Below, piece after piece: positions 11,080 through 21,495 of a stretch of 64,000 nucleotides of DNA (position 1 is the first letter of the stretch; every line of letters begins with the position of its first letter). The position numbers were made by a program, and so were the translations under genes. Below the pieces are notes generated by a model. That model was given only the letters and a program-made list of their open reading frames with translations. It was not told the DNA's origin and did no database searches. The DNA is from a virus: positions 44,915-108,914 of IMG/VR virus record IMGVR_UViG_3300035670_010691, one strand, 5' to 3'.

Positions 11080-11822
11080 ATATATTATATAAACAACCGT
11101 ATTGGATAAAATATAAATGGGATTTGTCATATCACGATGATAATCAATATGTTACTCCATTCAATAAAGAACAAAACTTGGAATTAAATAATTGTTTTCA
11201 TCAAAAAAAATGGACATTGAATGTATTTTTTAAATTAATACCAAATTCATTTACTGATAAAATATTTTGTATCATAGGAAAGCCGGGCAAAAATATGGGA
11301 ATCACATTTAATACTGAAAGTGAATCTCTTGCTTTTGAATTTTGGACGAAGGTTCCAAAAAAAGATGACCAATTTAATTGGGTTGGATTTTATGGAATTA
11401 CTAAAAGTGATTTAGAAAATTTGGATTTAGTCCTTTCAGTTGTTAGAGAAAATAATAAAATATTACTTTATAAAAATTATGATTTAATAAACGAACAGGA
11501 ATTTGAAGGTGAATTAATAGACGATTATAAGGAAGAAGGTATTATAATCGGGGCAGGTAATCCTGGTACATTTGTTGAAGAACACAGATATTTTGGTCAA
11601 TTTGATATTAAGCACTTATCGTTTATTAAAAACAAAACAGATATTAATTTTGCACTTGAGACATTTACAACACCAGTTGAAAAACTGTTGAACAAATCTC
11701 ATTATAACGATATTCTTTTCTTATTTGATTTTAAACATAAAAATAATTTTAACATCATTTTAGATGAATCAAAAAACAATAACTTTATGGAAAAACTTCC
11801 ACTTGAATTTTTAACTAATTAA
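11076..11822 (+). CDS. stand-alone LamG/ConA-like domain protein
   Basis: Resembles the insert of the GT7 paralogs (IIGKPGKNMGITFN vs IVSIPGYNTGLFYN and ILRRPGYDYGLSYN). Confidence 0.5.
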   Translation: MNILYKQPYWIKYKWDLSYHDDNQYVTPFNKEQNLELNNCFHQKKWTLNVFFKLIPNSFTDKIFCIIGKPGKNMGITFNTESESLAFEFWTKVPKKDDQFNWVGFYGITKSDLENLDLVLSVVRENNKILLYKNYDLINEQEFEGELIDDYKEEGIIIGAGNPGTFVEEHRYFGQFDIKHLSFIKNKTDINFALETFTTPVEKLLNKSHYNDILFLFDFKHKNNFNIILDESKNNNFMEKLPLEFLTN

Positions 11823-11824
11823 TT

Positions 11825-13273
11825 ATGTCAGATACAAACGAATTACGAGATTGGCGAAACAAAAATCTTAACTCTATATCACCAAGCTTTTGTGCAGCTA
11901 AATGGTATAATGCTTCTTTACATTTGGGTCATGGATTTACCAACTCCTGTCACTTACCACTTCCCCATCCTGTTGATTTAGAGGAAATTAAAACTAATCC
12001 GGGAGCACTTCATAATACGAAGTTAAAGAAAGAAGCACGTAAAATGATGTTGGATGGTAGAAGACCAGCTGAATGTTCTTATTGTTGGAAAGTGGAGGAT
12101 ATTGGTAGAGATCACATTGCAGATCGTGTTTATAAGTCACGTATTTACAAAGAAGAAGATATTTCTAAATTAAGAGATTTACCTTGGGATGTGGATGTGT
12201 TATTAAAAACAGTAGAGGTTTCATTCGATAGAACTTGTAATTTTGCTTGCTCATATTGCAATTCAGGTTATTCCACGACATGGGGTAAAGAAATCAAAAA
12301 ATTTGGACCTTATCAAAAGTTTAAAACAGTATCCGCGGGCGCTTATTACGCTGACGGAAGTTGGGCTGATAAATTTGGAAAACAAAATGATGATAATCCA
12401 TATGTTCAAGCATTTATTAGATGGTGGCCAGATCTTGTAAAAGAATTAGAAGAAATTAGAATCACAGGTGGAGAACCAACCATGTCTCATAATTTTTGGA
12501 GTTTCTTGGATGTCGTTAAGAGATATCCATCCAACAAATTAAGACTTGCTGTTAATTCTAATTTAGGTGGTACTTTTGATAGAATACAAAGACTAATTGA
12601 CGCTACTCACGAATTACCAATTAAAGAATTTGATTTATATACGTCTAACGAATCTTTTGGTAAGCATGCCGAATATATTAGAGATGGTTTAATTTATCCC
12701 GAGTGGAGATCAAATATGGTTAAGTTTATTGAAAGAGCAGAATTTAGGTCACTAACCGTGATGATGACGATAAATTCTCTTTGTCTTTTCAGTATTACCG
12801 AATTTTTGGACGATATGATTACTCTAAAAGAAAAATATGGTCCAAACAGACCAAATGTCGATTTTAACATTTTAAGATGGCCAGCATTCATGTCTCCACT
12901 CGTATTACCAAATTCTGTAAAAAATGACTTACACCGTAAGTTTAAAACTTGGTATGACGAAAGAAGAAAAAATGAATGGTTTGATGAATTGTTTTCAGTA
13001 GGTGAAAAGGCACAGATTGAAAGATTAATTGACTATATTGAAGTAGTTGAAACAGGTCACGTAACAACAGAAAGAGAAAATGAATTACATTTTCATGACT
13101 TTAAATCATTTTATTCTCAATATGATGAAAGACGTGGTAAGAGTTTTGTTGAAACTTTTCCTGAATTAAAAGATTGGTATGAATCAATTGAAGTTGATAA
13201 AACCATACCTGATGTTGAATTGAGAAGTGGTGAAATTACTCACTTTGAAGACGGTGAATATAATCCAAATTAA
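11825..13273 (+). CDS. radical SAM protein with N-terminal twitch/SPASM-like Cys cluster, paralog 2
   Basis: CNFACSYC, ITGGEP; FCAAKW...SCH...CSYCW. Confidence 0.85.
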   Translation: MSDTNELRDWRNKNLNSISPSFCAAKWYNASLHLGHGFTNSCHLPLPHPVDLEEIKTNPGALHNTKLKKEARKMMLDGRRPAECSYCWKVEDIGRDHIADRVYKSRIYKEEDISKLRDLPWDVDVLLKTVEVSFDRTCNFACSYCNSGYSTTWGKEIKKFGPYQKFKTVSAGAYYADGSWADKFGKQNDDNPYVQAFIRWWPDLVKELEEIRITGGEPTMSHNFWSFLDVVKRYPSNKLRLAVNSNLGGTFDRIQRLIDATHELPIKEFDLYTSNESFGKHAEYIRDGLIYPEWRSNMVKFIERAEFRSLTVMMTINSLCLFSITEFLDDMITLKEKYGPNRPNVDFNILRWPAFMSPLVLPNSVKNDLHRKFKTWYDERRKNEWFDELFSVGEKAQIERLIDYIEVVETGHVTTERENELHFHDFKSFYSQYDERRGKSFVETFPELKDWYESIEVDKTIPDVELRSGEITHFEDGEYNPN

Positions 13274-13276
13274 ATC

Positions 13277-14419
13277 ATGTATGGGTTAGATTATACATTA
13301 AGATGGCAAGAACCATTTGGTGGTTGGGGAAATCATAGTGACTTTTATAAAAGCAAATACCAAAAAATTTTAGATAATAACGATACTGGGTTATGTAATA
13401 GAATTTTTCATTGGGAAATTGCATACGATTTAAATAAAAGACATGATTTCAAATACACAATTCTTTTACCATATCGGTTTTGGCCAGAAATAGAATTGAT
13501 AAACTTACCTTATACAAAACCTGTTTTTTACGGAGAATACGAATTTGGTAGCAATTATATCGTTGAATATGAAAGTCTTAATTTTAAAACCGTCTTTGAT
13601 ATAGAAAGCGATGATGTATATAAAGCAACTCAAATTGATAGAGATTATATACAACAACTTTATTTAGATGAAACTAAAAAATTGAAAGATAATCACTATT
13701 ATTCTGATTTTAGTTATTATAGTTTACGTGAATTGGTTGAACTAAAAAATCCACAATTTTTATACCATTTACCCGATGTTTCACTAAAATACAGACCCCT
13801 TTCGTCTATAAAATTAAAACATAAATTTATGGATGATGTTATAACAAATTTTACAAAAAACGCCATAGGATTTCATATTAGAAGAAATAATGGAGTTAGT
13901 TTTAATGAAGATTCAATTTACAAAAACAATCCACAGTTAAAAAAAGAATTTTTGTCTATTAGAAAAACATCTCATATTCAAAATCCATTATACCAATTCG
14001 TTGATGATGAAAAATATTTTAAAATAATTGATAAAATTTTAAAAATACTTCCTGATCATGATATTTTTATAAGCATGGATTTACCAAAACAATTTTTGGA
14101 ACCTTATTATAAAAATTTTGGAAATATGATATTTTCAAGTCATGATATATTACCAGAAATAAAAAATTATTTATTAGAATCAAAAATAAATGTTGAAAGA
14201 TTAGAAAATTATGCAAATGCTATTTTAAATGTAACTGATTTATTTTGTTTATCTAATTGTAATTATTTAGTGTGTAGTTATCCATCAACTTATAGTGAAT
14301 TTGCATATGAATATAAAAATACACCATATTCGAGTATAAAGTTGGAAGTAGATGATATTGTATCAGATTTTCTAAAACACAAAAATGTTAAATTTAACAA
14401 AAATAAAAAATTATTTTAA
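13277..14419 (+). CDS. fucosyltransferase-like glycosyltransferase (GT11/GT23/NodZ-type motifs)
   Basis: GLCNRIF, IGFHIRR, DLFCLSNC...STYSEFA match alpha-2/alpha-6 FucT motifs. Confidence 0.6.
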   Translation: MYGLDYTLRWQEPFGGWGNHSDFYKSKYQKILDNNDTGLCNRIFHWEIAYDLNKRHDFKYTILLPYRFWPEIELINLPYTKPVFYGEYEFGSNYIVEYESLNFKTVFDIESDDVYKATQIDRDYIQQLYLDETKKLKDNHYYSDFSYYSLRELVELKNPQFLYHLPDVSLKYRPLSSIKLKHKFMDDVITNFTKNAIGFHIRRNNGVSFNEDSIYKNNPQLKKEFLSIRKTSHIQNPLYQFVDDEKYFKIIDKILKILPDHDIFISMDLPKQFLEPYYKNFGNMIFSSHDILPEIKNYLLESKINVERLENYANAILNVTDLFCLSNCNYLVCSYPSTYSEFAYEYKNTPYSSIKLEVDDIVSDFLKHKNVKFNKNKKLF

Positions 14420-15090
14420 TGTTTCAAGAATGGCCAATTGGTAGACCACCAAAAGAATTACAAAGACCTGAATTATCACAATTAGATTTTGAATGGTCTA
14501 ACCCGCAAGAAGTTATAGATTACTTTGAGAAAAAAGTGGCAAAGTTTGCAGGTTCAAAGTACGGAGTTGCGGTTGACTGTTGTACCAATGCTATTTTTCT
14601 CACTCTTAAGTACTTAAACCAACCACAAGAAATTACAATACCCACCCACACTTACATTTCCGTTCCAAACTATATTAAATTAGCGGGTTACGATGTAAAG
14701 TTTGAAGAAAGAGAATGGAGTGGAGTGTATCAACTCAACCCTCTTGATGTATGGGACGGTGCTGGTAGATGGATTGAAGGTATGTTTCAAGGTGAGTTTA
14801 TGTGTTTGTCCTTTCAGTTTAAAAAAAGATTACCAATTGGTAGAGGTGGTATGATACTTACCGACAACGAAGATGCGTATAAGTGGTTGAAGAAAGCACG
14901 GTATGATGGTAGAGACCTCACCAAATCACAAGACGAAGATGATATTGATATGGTGGGATATCATATGTATATGACTCCCGAAGACGCCGCTCGTGGTATT
15001 TTACTTATGGATAAAATTTCGAGTGTTAATAATGACACTCATTCAAATAACTCATACAAAAATATTTTAGAAAATAATGTTAAGTTTTGA
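14419..15090 (+). CDS. DegT/DnrJ/EryC1/StrS PLP-dependent sugar aminotransferase (short form)
   Basis: FEKKVAKFAG, CTNAI, SFQFKK (PLP lysine), GRGGMILT. Confidence 0.8.
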   Translation: MFQEWPIGRPPKELQRPELSQLDFEWSNPQEVIDYFEKKVAKFAGSKYGVAVDCCTNAIFLTLKYLNQPQEITIPTHTYISVPNYIKLAGYDVKFEEREWSGVYQLNPLDVWDGAGRWIEGMFQGEFMCLSFQFKKRLPIGRGGMILTDNEDAYKWLKKARYDGRDLTKSQDEDDIDMVGYHMYMTPEDAARGILLMDKISSVNNDTHSNNSYKNILENNVKF

Positions 15091-15898
15091 TAAAAATACA
15101 AAATTATTTATAGACAAAAGATATAAAGATAGACATATAAATTTTTATCAAACTGATTTAGAAGATACCTATTTTCAAAATAAAAATAAAATGGGGGAAT
15201 CTTGGTACTATTTTGATAATCCAATAGATTATAAATTTAACAAATTAGGTTTTAGATTTAAAGAAATAGAAGAAGTGGATGATAATTTTCTACTATCATT
15301 TGGATGTTCTTACACAGAAGGAGTCGGATTGCATTATGAAGATTTGTGGGTTACAAAACTTGCAAATAGTTTAAATTTAGATTTTATGAATTTTGCAAAA
15401 TCAAGTTCTTCTGTTGATAACATTATTTGGCAAACAATATTTATTTCAAATTATTTAAAAAAAAATAATAAAATTCCTAAATTTGTTATTTATCAAATAC
15501 CTTTTTACACTAGAACACAGTTTGTTGATATTTGGGGTGACGAAATTGATATTGTTTCCCAAAACTTGGAGATGAATTATAAAAATTTAAGTTTTATTGA
15601 TGAATATTATAAATATTTTTTTATAGAAACTCAAATTCAACCAAAAATTAATATACTTTTTTTAACTAATATGGCAAGTATTATTTGGGAATCGATGGGT
15701 TCGAAAGTTATATATTTTTCATTGGAACCTGATTCTGAATCAAAAGAAATTAACTCATTTTTAAATAATGAAGTAATTAATATATATGATTACACAGTAC
15801 ATGAAAAAAATAAATTAGCAAGAGACTTATCCCATAATGGGAGATTTGGTCATGATATAATTGTAGAAGAATTACAAAAAATAATTAAAAATGGTTAA
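15077..15898 (+). CDS. SGNH/GDSL-like protein
   Basis: FGCSYTEG block I; C-terminal DLSH (DxxH). Confidence 0.6.
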   Translation: MLSFDKNTKLFIDKRYKDRHINFYQTDLEDTYFQNKNKMGESWYYFDNPIDYKFNKLGFRFKEIEEVDDNFLLSFGCSYTEGVGLHYEDLWVTKLANSLNLDFMNFAKSSSSVDNIIWQTIFISNYLKKNNKIPKFVIYQIPFYTRTQFVDIWGDEIDIVSQNLEMNYKNLSFIDEYYKYFFIETQIQPKINILFLTNMASIIWESMGSKVIYFSLEPDSESKEINSFLNNEVINIYDYTVHEKNKLARDLSHNGRFGHDIIVEELQKIIKNG

Positions 15899-16904
15899 TG
15901 TTAATAATGAATGGGAACCTCTTAAAGAAGTAATACTTGGTACGGTTACTAACGCAAACATGCCCACACATGGGAAAGATTTACATTGTATAAATTACGC
16001 AGACCAAGATAGTATTCCAATTGACGAAGACGGATTTTGGAATAGTAAAGTTTATTTTGAAACAAATGAAGATTTAGAAAATTTAAAAAATACGTTAGAA
16101 TCAGCTGGTGTAAAAGTTCATAGACCCTCTCCAATTCAAACCAGAAATGTTATTTCAAATGGTTATTGGAAAACAAATCAATACTATACATTTTGCCCAA
16201 GAGATACTGTAACTGTTATTGGTGATACTATTCTTGAGTCACCGATGTCCCTCCGTTCCCGTCAATATGAAACCGATTGTTTTAAAGATATTTTTATACA
16301 AAAAATGAAAGAAGGTGCAAATTGGGTATCTGCTCCAAAACCACGTTTAACAGATGATAGTTACCAAAGAGAAGACTTATCCCAACTCACTTTACGAGAT
16401 ATAGAACCTGTTTTTGATGCCGCTAATATTCTTCGTTGTAATGATGATATTCTGTATCTAAATTCCAACACAGGAAACAAGTTGGGAGCACAATGGTTAC
16501 AGAACTTTTTGGGTTCGAAATATCGGGTACACGTCCTTGAAAACATTTATTCATACATTCACATAGACTCAACTATTGCACTCCTTAGAGAGGGATTATG
16601 TCTTCTAAATCCCGAACGAGTAAACGAAGACAATATGCCTGAATTATTAAAAAGTTGGGATAAAATTTGGTGCCCTCCAATGGTTGATATTGGATATCAT
16701 AAAACTAATAGAGCATCGGTATGGATAGGAGTAAATCTACTTTCCATAGATGAAAACACAGTAGTGGTTGATAATAGACAAACTGAATTGATAAAAGAAC
16801 TTAAAAAGTATGGTATTGACACACTTGATGCACAAATTCGTCACTCACGAACTCTTGGTGGTTCTATGCATTGCGTAACAACAGATTTATGGAGGGGAAA
16901 GTGA
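15891..16904 (+). CDS. amidinotransferase (glycine / inosamine-phosphate amidinotransferase family)
   Basis: NEWEPLKEVILG, CPRD, FDAAN, HIDST, GGSMHCVTTD (catalytic Asp/His/Cys). Confidence 0.85.
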   Translation: MVNVNNEWEPLKEVILGTVTNANMPTHGKDLHCINYADQDSIPIDEDGFWNSKVYFETNEDLENLKNTLESAGVKVHRPSPIQTRNVISNGYWKTNQYYTFCPRDTVTVIGDTILESPMSLRSRQYETDCFKDIFIQKMKEGANWVSAPKPRLTDDSYQREDLSQLTLRDIEPVFDAANILRCNDDILYLNSNTGNKLGAQWLQNFLGSKYRVHVLENIYSYIHIDSTIALLREGLCLLNPERVNEDNMPELLKSWDKIWCPPMVDIGYHKTNRASVWIGVNLLSIDENTVVVDNRQTELIKELKKYGIDTLDAQIRHSRTLGGSMHCVTTDLWRGK

Positions 16905-19042
16905 AATTACTTATAATTGGTGGTGCTGGGTATTTAGGAACGGAATTATGTAAAAGAGCTCTCATAGATGAGCGTGATGTTACTGTTATTGATAATTTTA
17001 CATATAATCAAACTAAATTAAAAAATGTAAAATATATTAATGATGATGTAAAAAATATTTGGAAGTACAAAAAAATAGTCGAACAGTTTGACAAAATTTA
17101 TTATTTAGCATCACCAAGACTTAATGAACTTAACGATAGGAAGTTAATTGACGAACATCTTTTATATTTAGAAAATACAATTAAGATGGTTCCTGAAAAC
17201 TGTGATTTTTATTTTATTAGTAGTTGTAGTGTTTATGGAAAATCAAAAGAAATAGTAAATGAAAATTCACCTGTTCAGATTACTTCCTTATATTCTGAAC
17301 TAAAAATTAGAAGTGAAGAATTAATAAAAAATTTACCAAATAATTTTAAAATATTTAGATTGGCAACTTTGTATGGTGTTGGTCAAAATCAAAGAAATGA
17401 TATTTTAATTAATGAATTGGTTACAGATGTTATTAATAATAAAACTTTACAGATATATGATCCAGATTCTAATAGACCCCATTTAAATGTAAGGGATTGT
17501 GCTTTAATATTAAATAACTTGATGTTTTCGGGGTTTGAAGATAAAATTTTAAATATTGGTTTTGATTTTCAAAACATTTCAAAAAGACAAATAGTAAATT
17601 TAATTGAAGATATATTAGAAAGAAATTTATATGTTACTTTTAATGAAACAAATGACAGTAGAGATTACAAAGTTGATTTTTCTCTTTTAAAAAAAATAAT
17701 TGATATTAAAGATGAGGATATATTATCATTTAGAGATGGGATTTATGAGTTATATGTTGGAAAAATTAATTTTGCAGTTGAGGATTGGGATAGTATAATT
17801 GATTATTATAGACCTAATGGTAGTTCAAAAACTTGGTATATGGAAGAGGAAGGAAAGTTAGATTATCCAAAAATGTGGGGATTTTGGAATATTTTTGATA
17901 CTCACGATTCTCAACATAAAATGTTTTCTATTGAAAATTTTAATTCACTTTCAATTCCATCATTTAGAGACGAACATCATAATTTGTTAAAAGTAAATGA
18001 GGATTCAAATGAAAATTATGTTTATTTTATAAACATTTTTGATCCATCATATTTTAAAAGAAATGAAAAAATTGGATTTTCTACAATTCATAAGAAGTAT
18101 TTGGATGATTGTAGAAGAGGTAAATGTAAAATTATTTTAGGTCTTACGTTAGAAGGATATTCTGGTATAGAAAGTAACAGAGATTTAGAAATTTTAAAAA
18201 AATGGGTGATTTGGCAAAAATTACCAAAAAGTGGAGTTCTTTACATTTCAGGTAATATTAATATTGATAAACTTCAAGAAATCAGAAATTTAAATTTTGA
18301 AGTAGTTGGATTATCTCATTTTGAAATTTGGTTAAATTTTAAGACAATATCAGATAATCCAATTAAATTTAAAAAAGACACCACTTCAAAATTATTTTTA
18401 ATGCATGCCAGAAACACACGTGATCATAGAGTTAAATTTGTTTGTGACCTTATTGAAAAAAATTTATTTGAACGTGGAATGATAAGTATGGAGGCATTTA
18501 CCGCAGACGATGTTTTTGTAGAACATAAGTCACTAAATTCTCTTATTGAAAAATTACCTTTGGTTATCAATGATAATTTAAATCAAAATTTATGTAATGA
18601 TGTAAATTTTAATGATTATGAAAAAACATTTGTTTCCGTAATATCCGAAACTTTAATTGAAAAGGAAACATTGTTTATAACTGAAAAGACGTGGAAAGCT
18701 TTATTTGTTGGGCATCCTTTTATAATGTTTGGAAATCCATTTACTTTAAAAAAATTAAAAGAATGGGGATTTAAAACTTTTGAAAATTGGTGGGATGAAT
18801 CATATGATGAAGAAATAGATTTAGATTTAAGAATTGAAAAGATACAGAAAATTTTATTAGATTTATCTAAAAAAACAGATGAAGAATTGATAAAGATACG
18901 GGAAGAAATGATTCCTGTTTTAAAACATAATATGAATCATTATTATTTATTTTGTGAAAAAAAATATTGTTTAGACCACAATTCTATATACCCAAATAAA
19001 CCCCTACTAAAGATAATAAAAGATTTTTTAATAAAAAAATAA
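16901..19042 (+). CDS. NAD-dependent epimerase fused to a GT10-like (ITEK) domain
   Basis: GTG start overlapping the upstream stop; GGAGYLG, SSCSVYG, YSELK; C-terminal VISET...FITEKTWK..HPF. Confidence 0.7.
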   Translation: MKLLIIGGAGYLGTELCKRALIDERDVTVIDNFTYNQTKLKNVKYINDDVKNIWKYKKIVEQFDKIYYLASPRLNELNDRKLIDEHLLYLENTIKMVPENCDFYFISSCSVYGKSKEIVNENSPVQITSLYSELKIRSEELIKNLPNNFKIFRLATLYGVGQNQRNDILINELVTDVINNKTLQIYDPDSNRPHLNVRDCALILNNLMFSGFEDKILNIGFDFQNISKRQIVNLIEDILERNLYVTFNETNDSRDYKVDFSLLKKIIDIKDEDILSFRDGIYELYVGKINFAVEDWDSIIDYYRPNGSSKTWYMEEEGKLDYPKMWGFWNIFDTHDSQHKMFSIENFNSLSIPSFRDEHHNLLKVNEDSNENYVYFINIFDPSYFKRNEKIGFSTIHKKYLDDCRRGKCKIILGLTLEGYSGIESNRDLEILKKWVIWQKLPKSGVLYISGNINIDKLQEIRNLNFEVVGLSHFEIWLNFKTISDNPIKFKKDTTSKLFLMHARNTRDHRVKFVCDLIEKNLFERGMISMEAFTADDVFVEHKSLNSLIEKLPLVINDNLNQNLCNDVNFNDYEKTFVSVISETLIEKETLFITEKTWKALFVGHPFIMFGNPFTLKKLKEWGFKTFENWWDESYDEEIDLDLRIEKIQKILLDLSKKTDEELIKIREEMIPVLKHNMNHYYLFCEKKYCLDHNSIYPNKPLLKIIKDFLIKK

Positions 19043-19046
19043 AAAC

Positions 19047-20210
19047 ATGAAAATAGGTTTTATAGGAGTAGGAAAATTAGGAAAAGATGCAGCCGAAGTT
19101 ATGGCTGAAAAACACGAAGTTATTGGGTACGATATAAACCAAGTCCAACCTCAAAACTTCCAAATGGTCGGTACGATTGAAGAAGTCGTACAAGACAGGG
19201 AACTCATCTTCATTGCAGTCCCAACCCCACACCATCCAGATTACGATGGCAGAGAACCAACATCACACTTACCAAATAAAGACTTTGATTACTCTATTGT
19301 AAAGTCGGTATTACAAGAAGTAGATAAATACACAACCAAAGAACAACTTGTAGTTCTTATATCAACCGTATTACCTGGTACAATTCGTAGAGAGTTTATT
19401 CAGTACTGTAATAACTTTCGTTTCATATACAACCCTTATCTTATTGCTATGGGTACGGTAAAGTGGGATATGATAAATCCCGAAATGATAATTATCGGAA
19501 CAGAAGATGGAAGTATGACCGGTGATGCCAAACTTCTACTTGATTTCTATAACACCTTCATTACCGAAGGAACAAGATACGAAGTCGGTACTTGGGATGA
19601 AGCAGAAGCAATCAAAATATTTTACAATACTTTCATATCCACCAAAGTTGCTCTCGTAAATATGATACAAGATGTAGCGGAAAAACAAGGTAATATGAAT
19701 GTAGATGTGGTTACGGGTGCACTTGAAAGATCCACCAAAAGAATTATATCAGGAATGTATATGAAAGCAGGTATGGGTGATGGTGGTGGTTGTCACCCAA
19801 GAGATAATATTGCACTTCGGTATATGGCAGAAAAATTAGAGTTGGGTTATGATATATTTGACTCCATTATGACCGCAAGAGAAAAACAGGCAGAAAATCT
19901 TGCTAATAGACTAAAAGAATTATCACAAGAACACAATCTACCAGTTGTTATTTTAGGTAAATCATATAAACCTGATGTAGAGTATTTAGAAGGTTCAACT
20001 TCAATTCTTACAGGTTGTTTTTTAGATAAACACAACATAGAAGTAGATTATGATTGTGAGCCAAAACAAGCAGTCTATTTATTAGGTCACAGAGGAAAGT
20101 TTTATGATTATCCATTTCCTGATGGAAGTATAATACTCGATGTATGGAGGGAGTTTAAAACGGATAATCCAAGTTTAAACGTAATTCAATATGGAAACAC
20201 AAGAAAATAA
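19047..20210 (+). CDS. UDP-glucose/GDP-mannose dehydrogenase family protein
   Basis: GVGKLG, AVPTP, STVLPGT, KIFYNT, GGGCHPRD, KSYKPD. Confidence 0.9.
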   Translation: MKIGFIGVGKLGKDAAEVMAEKHEVIGYDINQVQPQNFQMVGTIEEVVQDRELIFIAVPTPHHPDYDGREPTSHLPNKDFDYSIVKSVLQEVDKYTTKEQLVVLISTVLPGTIRREFIQYCNNFRFIYNPYLIAMGTVKWDMINPEMIIIGTEDGSMTGDAKLLLDFYNTFITEGTRYEVGTWDEAEAIKIFYNTFISTKVALVNMIQDVAEKQGNMNVDVVTGALERSTKRIISGMYMKAGMGDGGGCHPRDNIALRYMAEKLELGYDIFDSIMTAREKQAENLANRLKELSQEHNLPVVILGKSYKPDVEYLEGSTSILTGCFLDKHNIEVDYDCEPKQAVYLLGHRGKFYDYPFPDGSIILDVWREFKTDNPSLNVIQYGNTRK

Positions 20211-21495
20211 ATATATTCACCTTGTTTATGAAAAATGGGATGATGAAAATAATCAATATTTTCCAAATATTTTTCCCTTAACAGGGGAATATGAGTTTGG
20301 ATATGAACCTGGTTTTTTAGATTTTTATCAAAGATTTTATAGAGCTCAATTAAATTACAATAAAGATGCCCTTCCATTCAAATCAATTCATATTGACAAT
20401 GTTAATGATGATGGTAAAAAATATTATTATTTTCTCAAAACAAGTAGAGATATAGGTTCAATATTTGAAAATTTAGAATTATCTGAAAGAGTAAAATATT
20501 TAATAAACAACAATAATAATTTCTTTATAGTATTATTAAGAGAACACGAAGCAGATTGGTATAATTCGTTTTTAACATTATATAAATACGTAAATAAAAA
20601 TAATCTTAAAGCTGATAAATTTATTATTATTTCAAATAATGCAGCAGTAGAAAAATATAATTTTAATTTTAAACATTATAAATTAAATTTAATAAGTATG
20701 ACTGCTTCTTCTATTTTTAATGAACTTGTTTCAAATTTTGTTGTTGATAAAAAAGGTAAATTTTTCTTATGTCATAATAGGACAGGAAAACTTCATAGAT
20801 ATTCACTTTTATCTTCACTCGAAATAGAAAATATAATAGAAGATGTTAATTGGTCATTAAATCCTACAACAAATATTATAACAGGTAAGAATAATTTAAT
20901 AGAAATATTTGACAAAGATTATATAAGTAAATATGAACATATTTTTGATAAATTTTTTTCAATAAAAATTAAAGAAAGTGATTTTGAAAAAAATAAAAAT
21001 TTTTACAAAGAAACAGGTGAAATAGATTTATCAAGTATAAATACAAAATTAGGTGGAGCTGGTGGTGAATCAGGAGGATTGATGATTCCTGAATTAAATG
21101 AAACATATGAAAACTCATTTTTTAATTTAGTAACGGAATCCCATTTTCAGGATTTTTTTAAAACAATTCATATAACAGAAAAATCTTTAAGACCTTTTTA
21201 CTTCTATCAATTTCCTTTGATTTTATCAACTCATGGTCATATAAAATACATGAGAAAAGAATTTAAATTAGATTTTTTTGATGATATTATAAATCACAGC
21301 TATGATGAGGAATTCGATCAAAAAATAAGATTTAATAAATTTATAGAAGAAGTAAAAAGAATTAATTCAAATAAAGATTTTTATAAAGATTTTTATATAA
21401 AAAATTTTGATAGGTTTGAGGCTAATAAAAAGATAATTCAAAATTTGCCTAATGACACCCGAGATTTTAATTTTTTAAGAAGTTTGATGAGTTAA
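20191..21495 (+). CDS. GT10-like (ITEK) putative glycosyltransferase
   Basis: LCHNR...HR; NLVTES...HITEKSLRPF...DDIINHSYD. Confidence 0.5.
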   Translation: METQENKYIHLVYEKWDDENNQYFPNIFPLTGEYEFGYEPGFLDFYQRFYRAQLNYNKDALPFKSIHIDNVNDDGKKYYYFLKTSRDIGSIFENLELSERVKYLINNNNNFFIVLLREHEADWYNSFLTLYKYVNKNNLKADKFIIISNNAAVEKYNFNFKHYKLNLISMTASSIFNELVSNFVVDKKGKFFLCHNRTGKLHRYSLLSSLEIENIIEDVNWSLNPTTNIITGKNNLIEIFDKDYISKYEHIFDKFFSIKIKESDFEKNKNFYKETGEIDLSSINTKLGGAGGESGGLMIPELNETYENSFFNLVTESHFQDFFKTIHITEKSLRPFYFYQFPLILSTHGHIKYMRKEFKLDFFDDIINHSYDEEFDQKIRFNKFIEEVKRINSNKDFYKDFYIKNFDRFEANKKIIQNLPNDTRDFNFLRSLMS

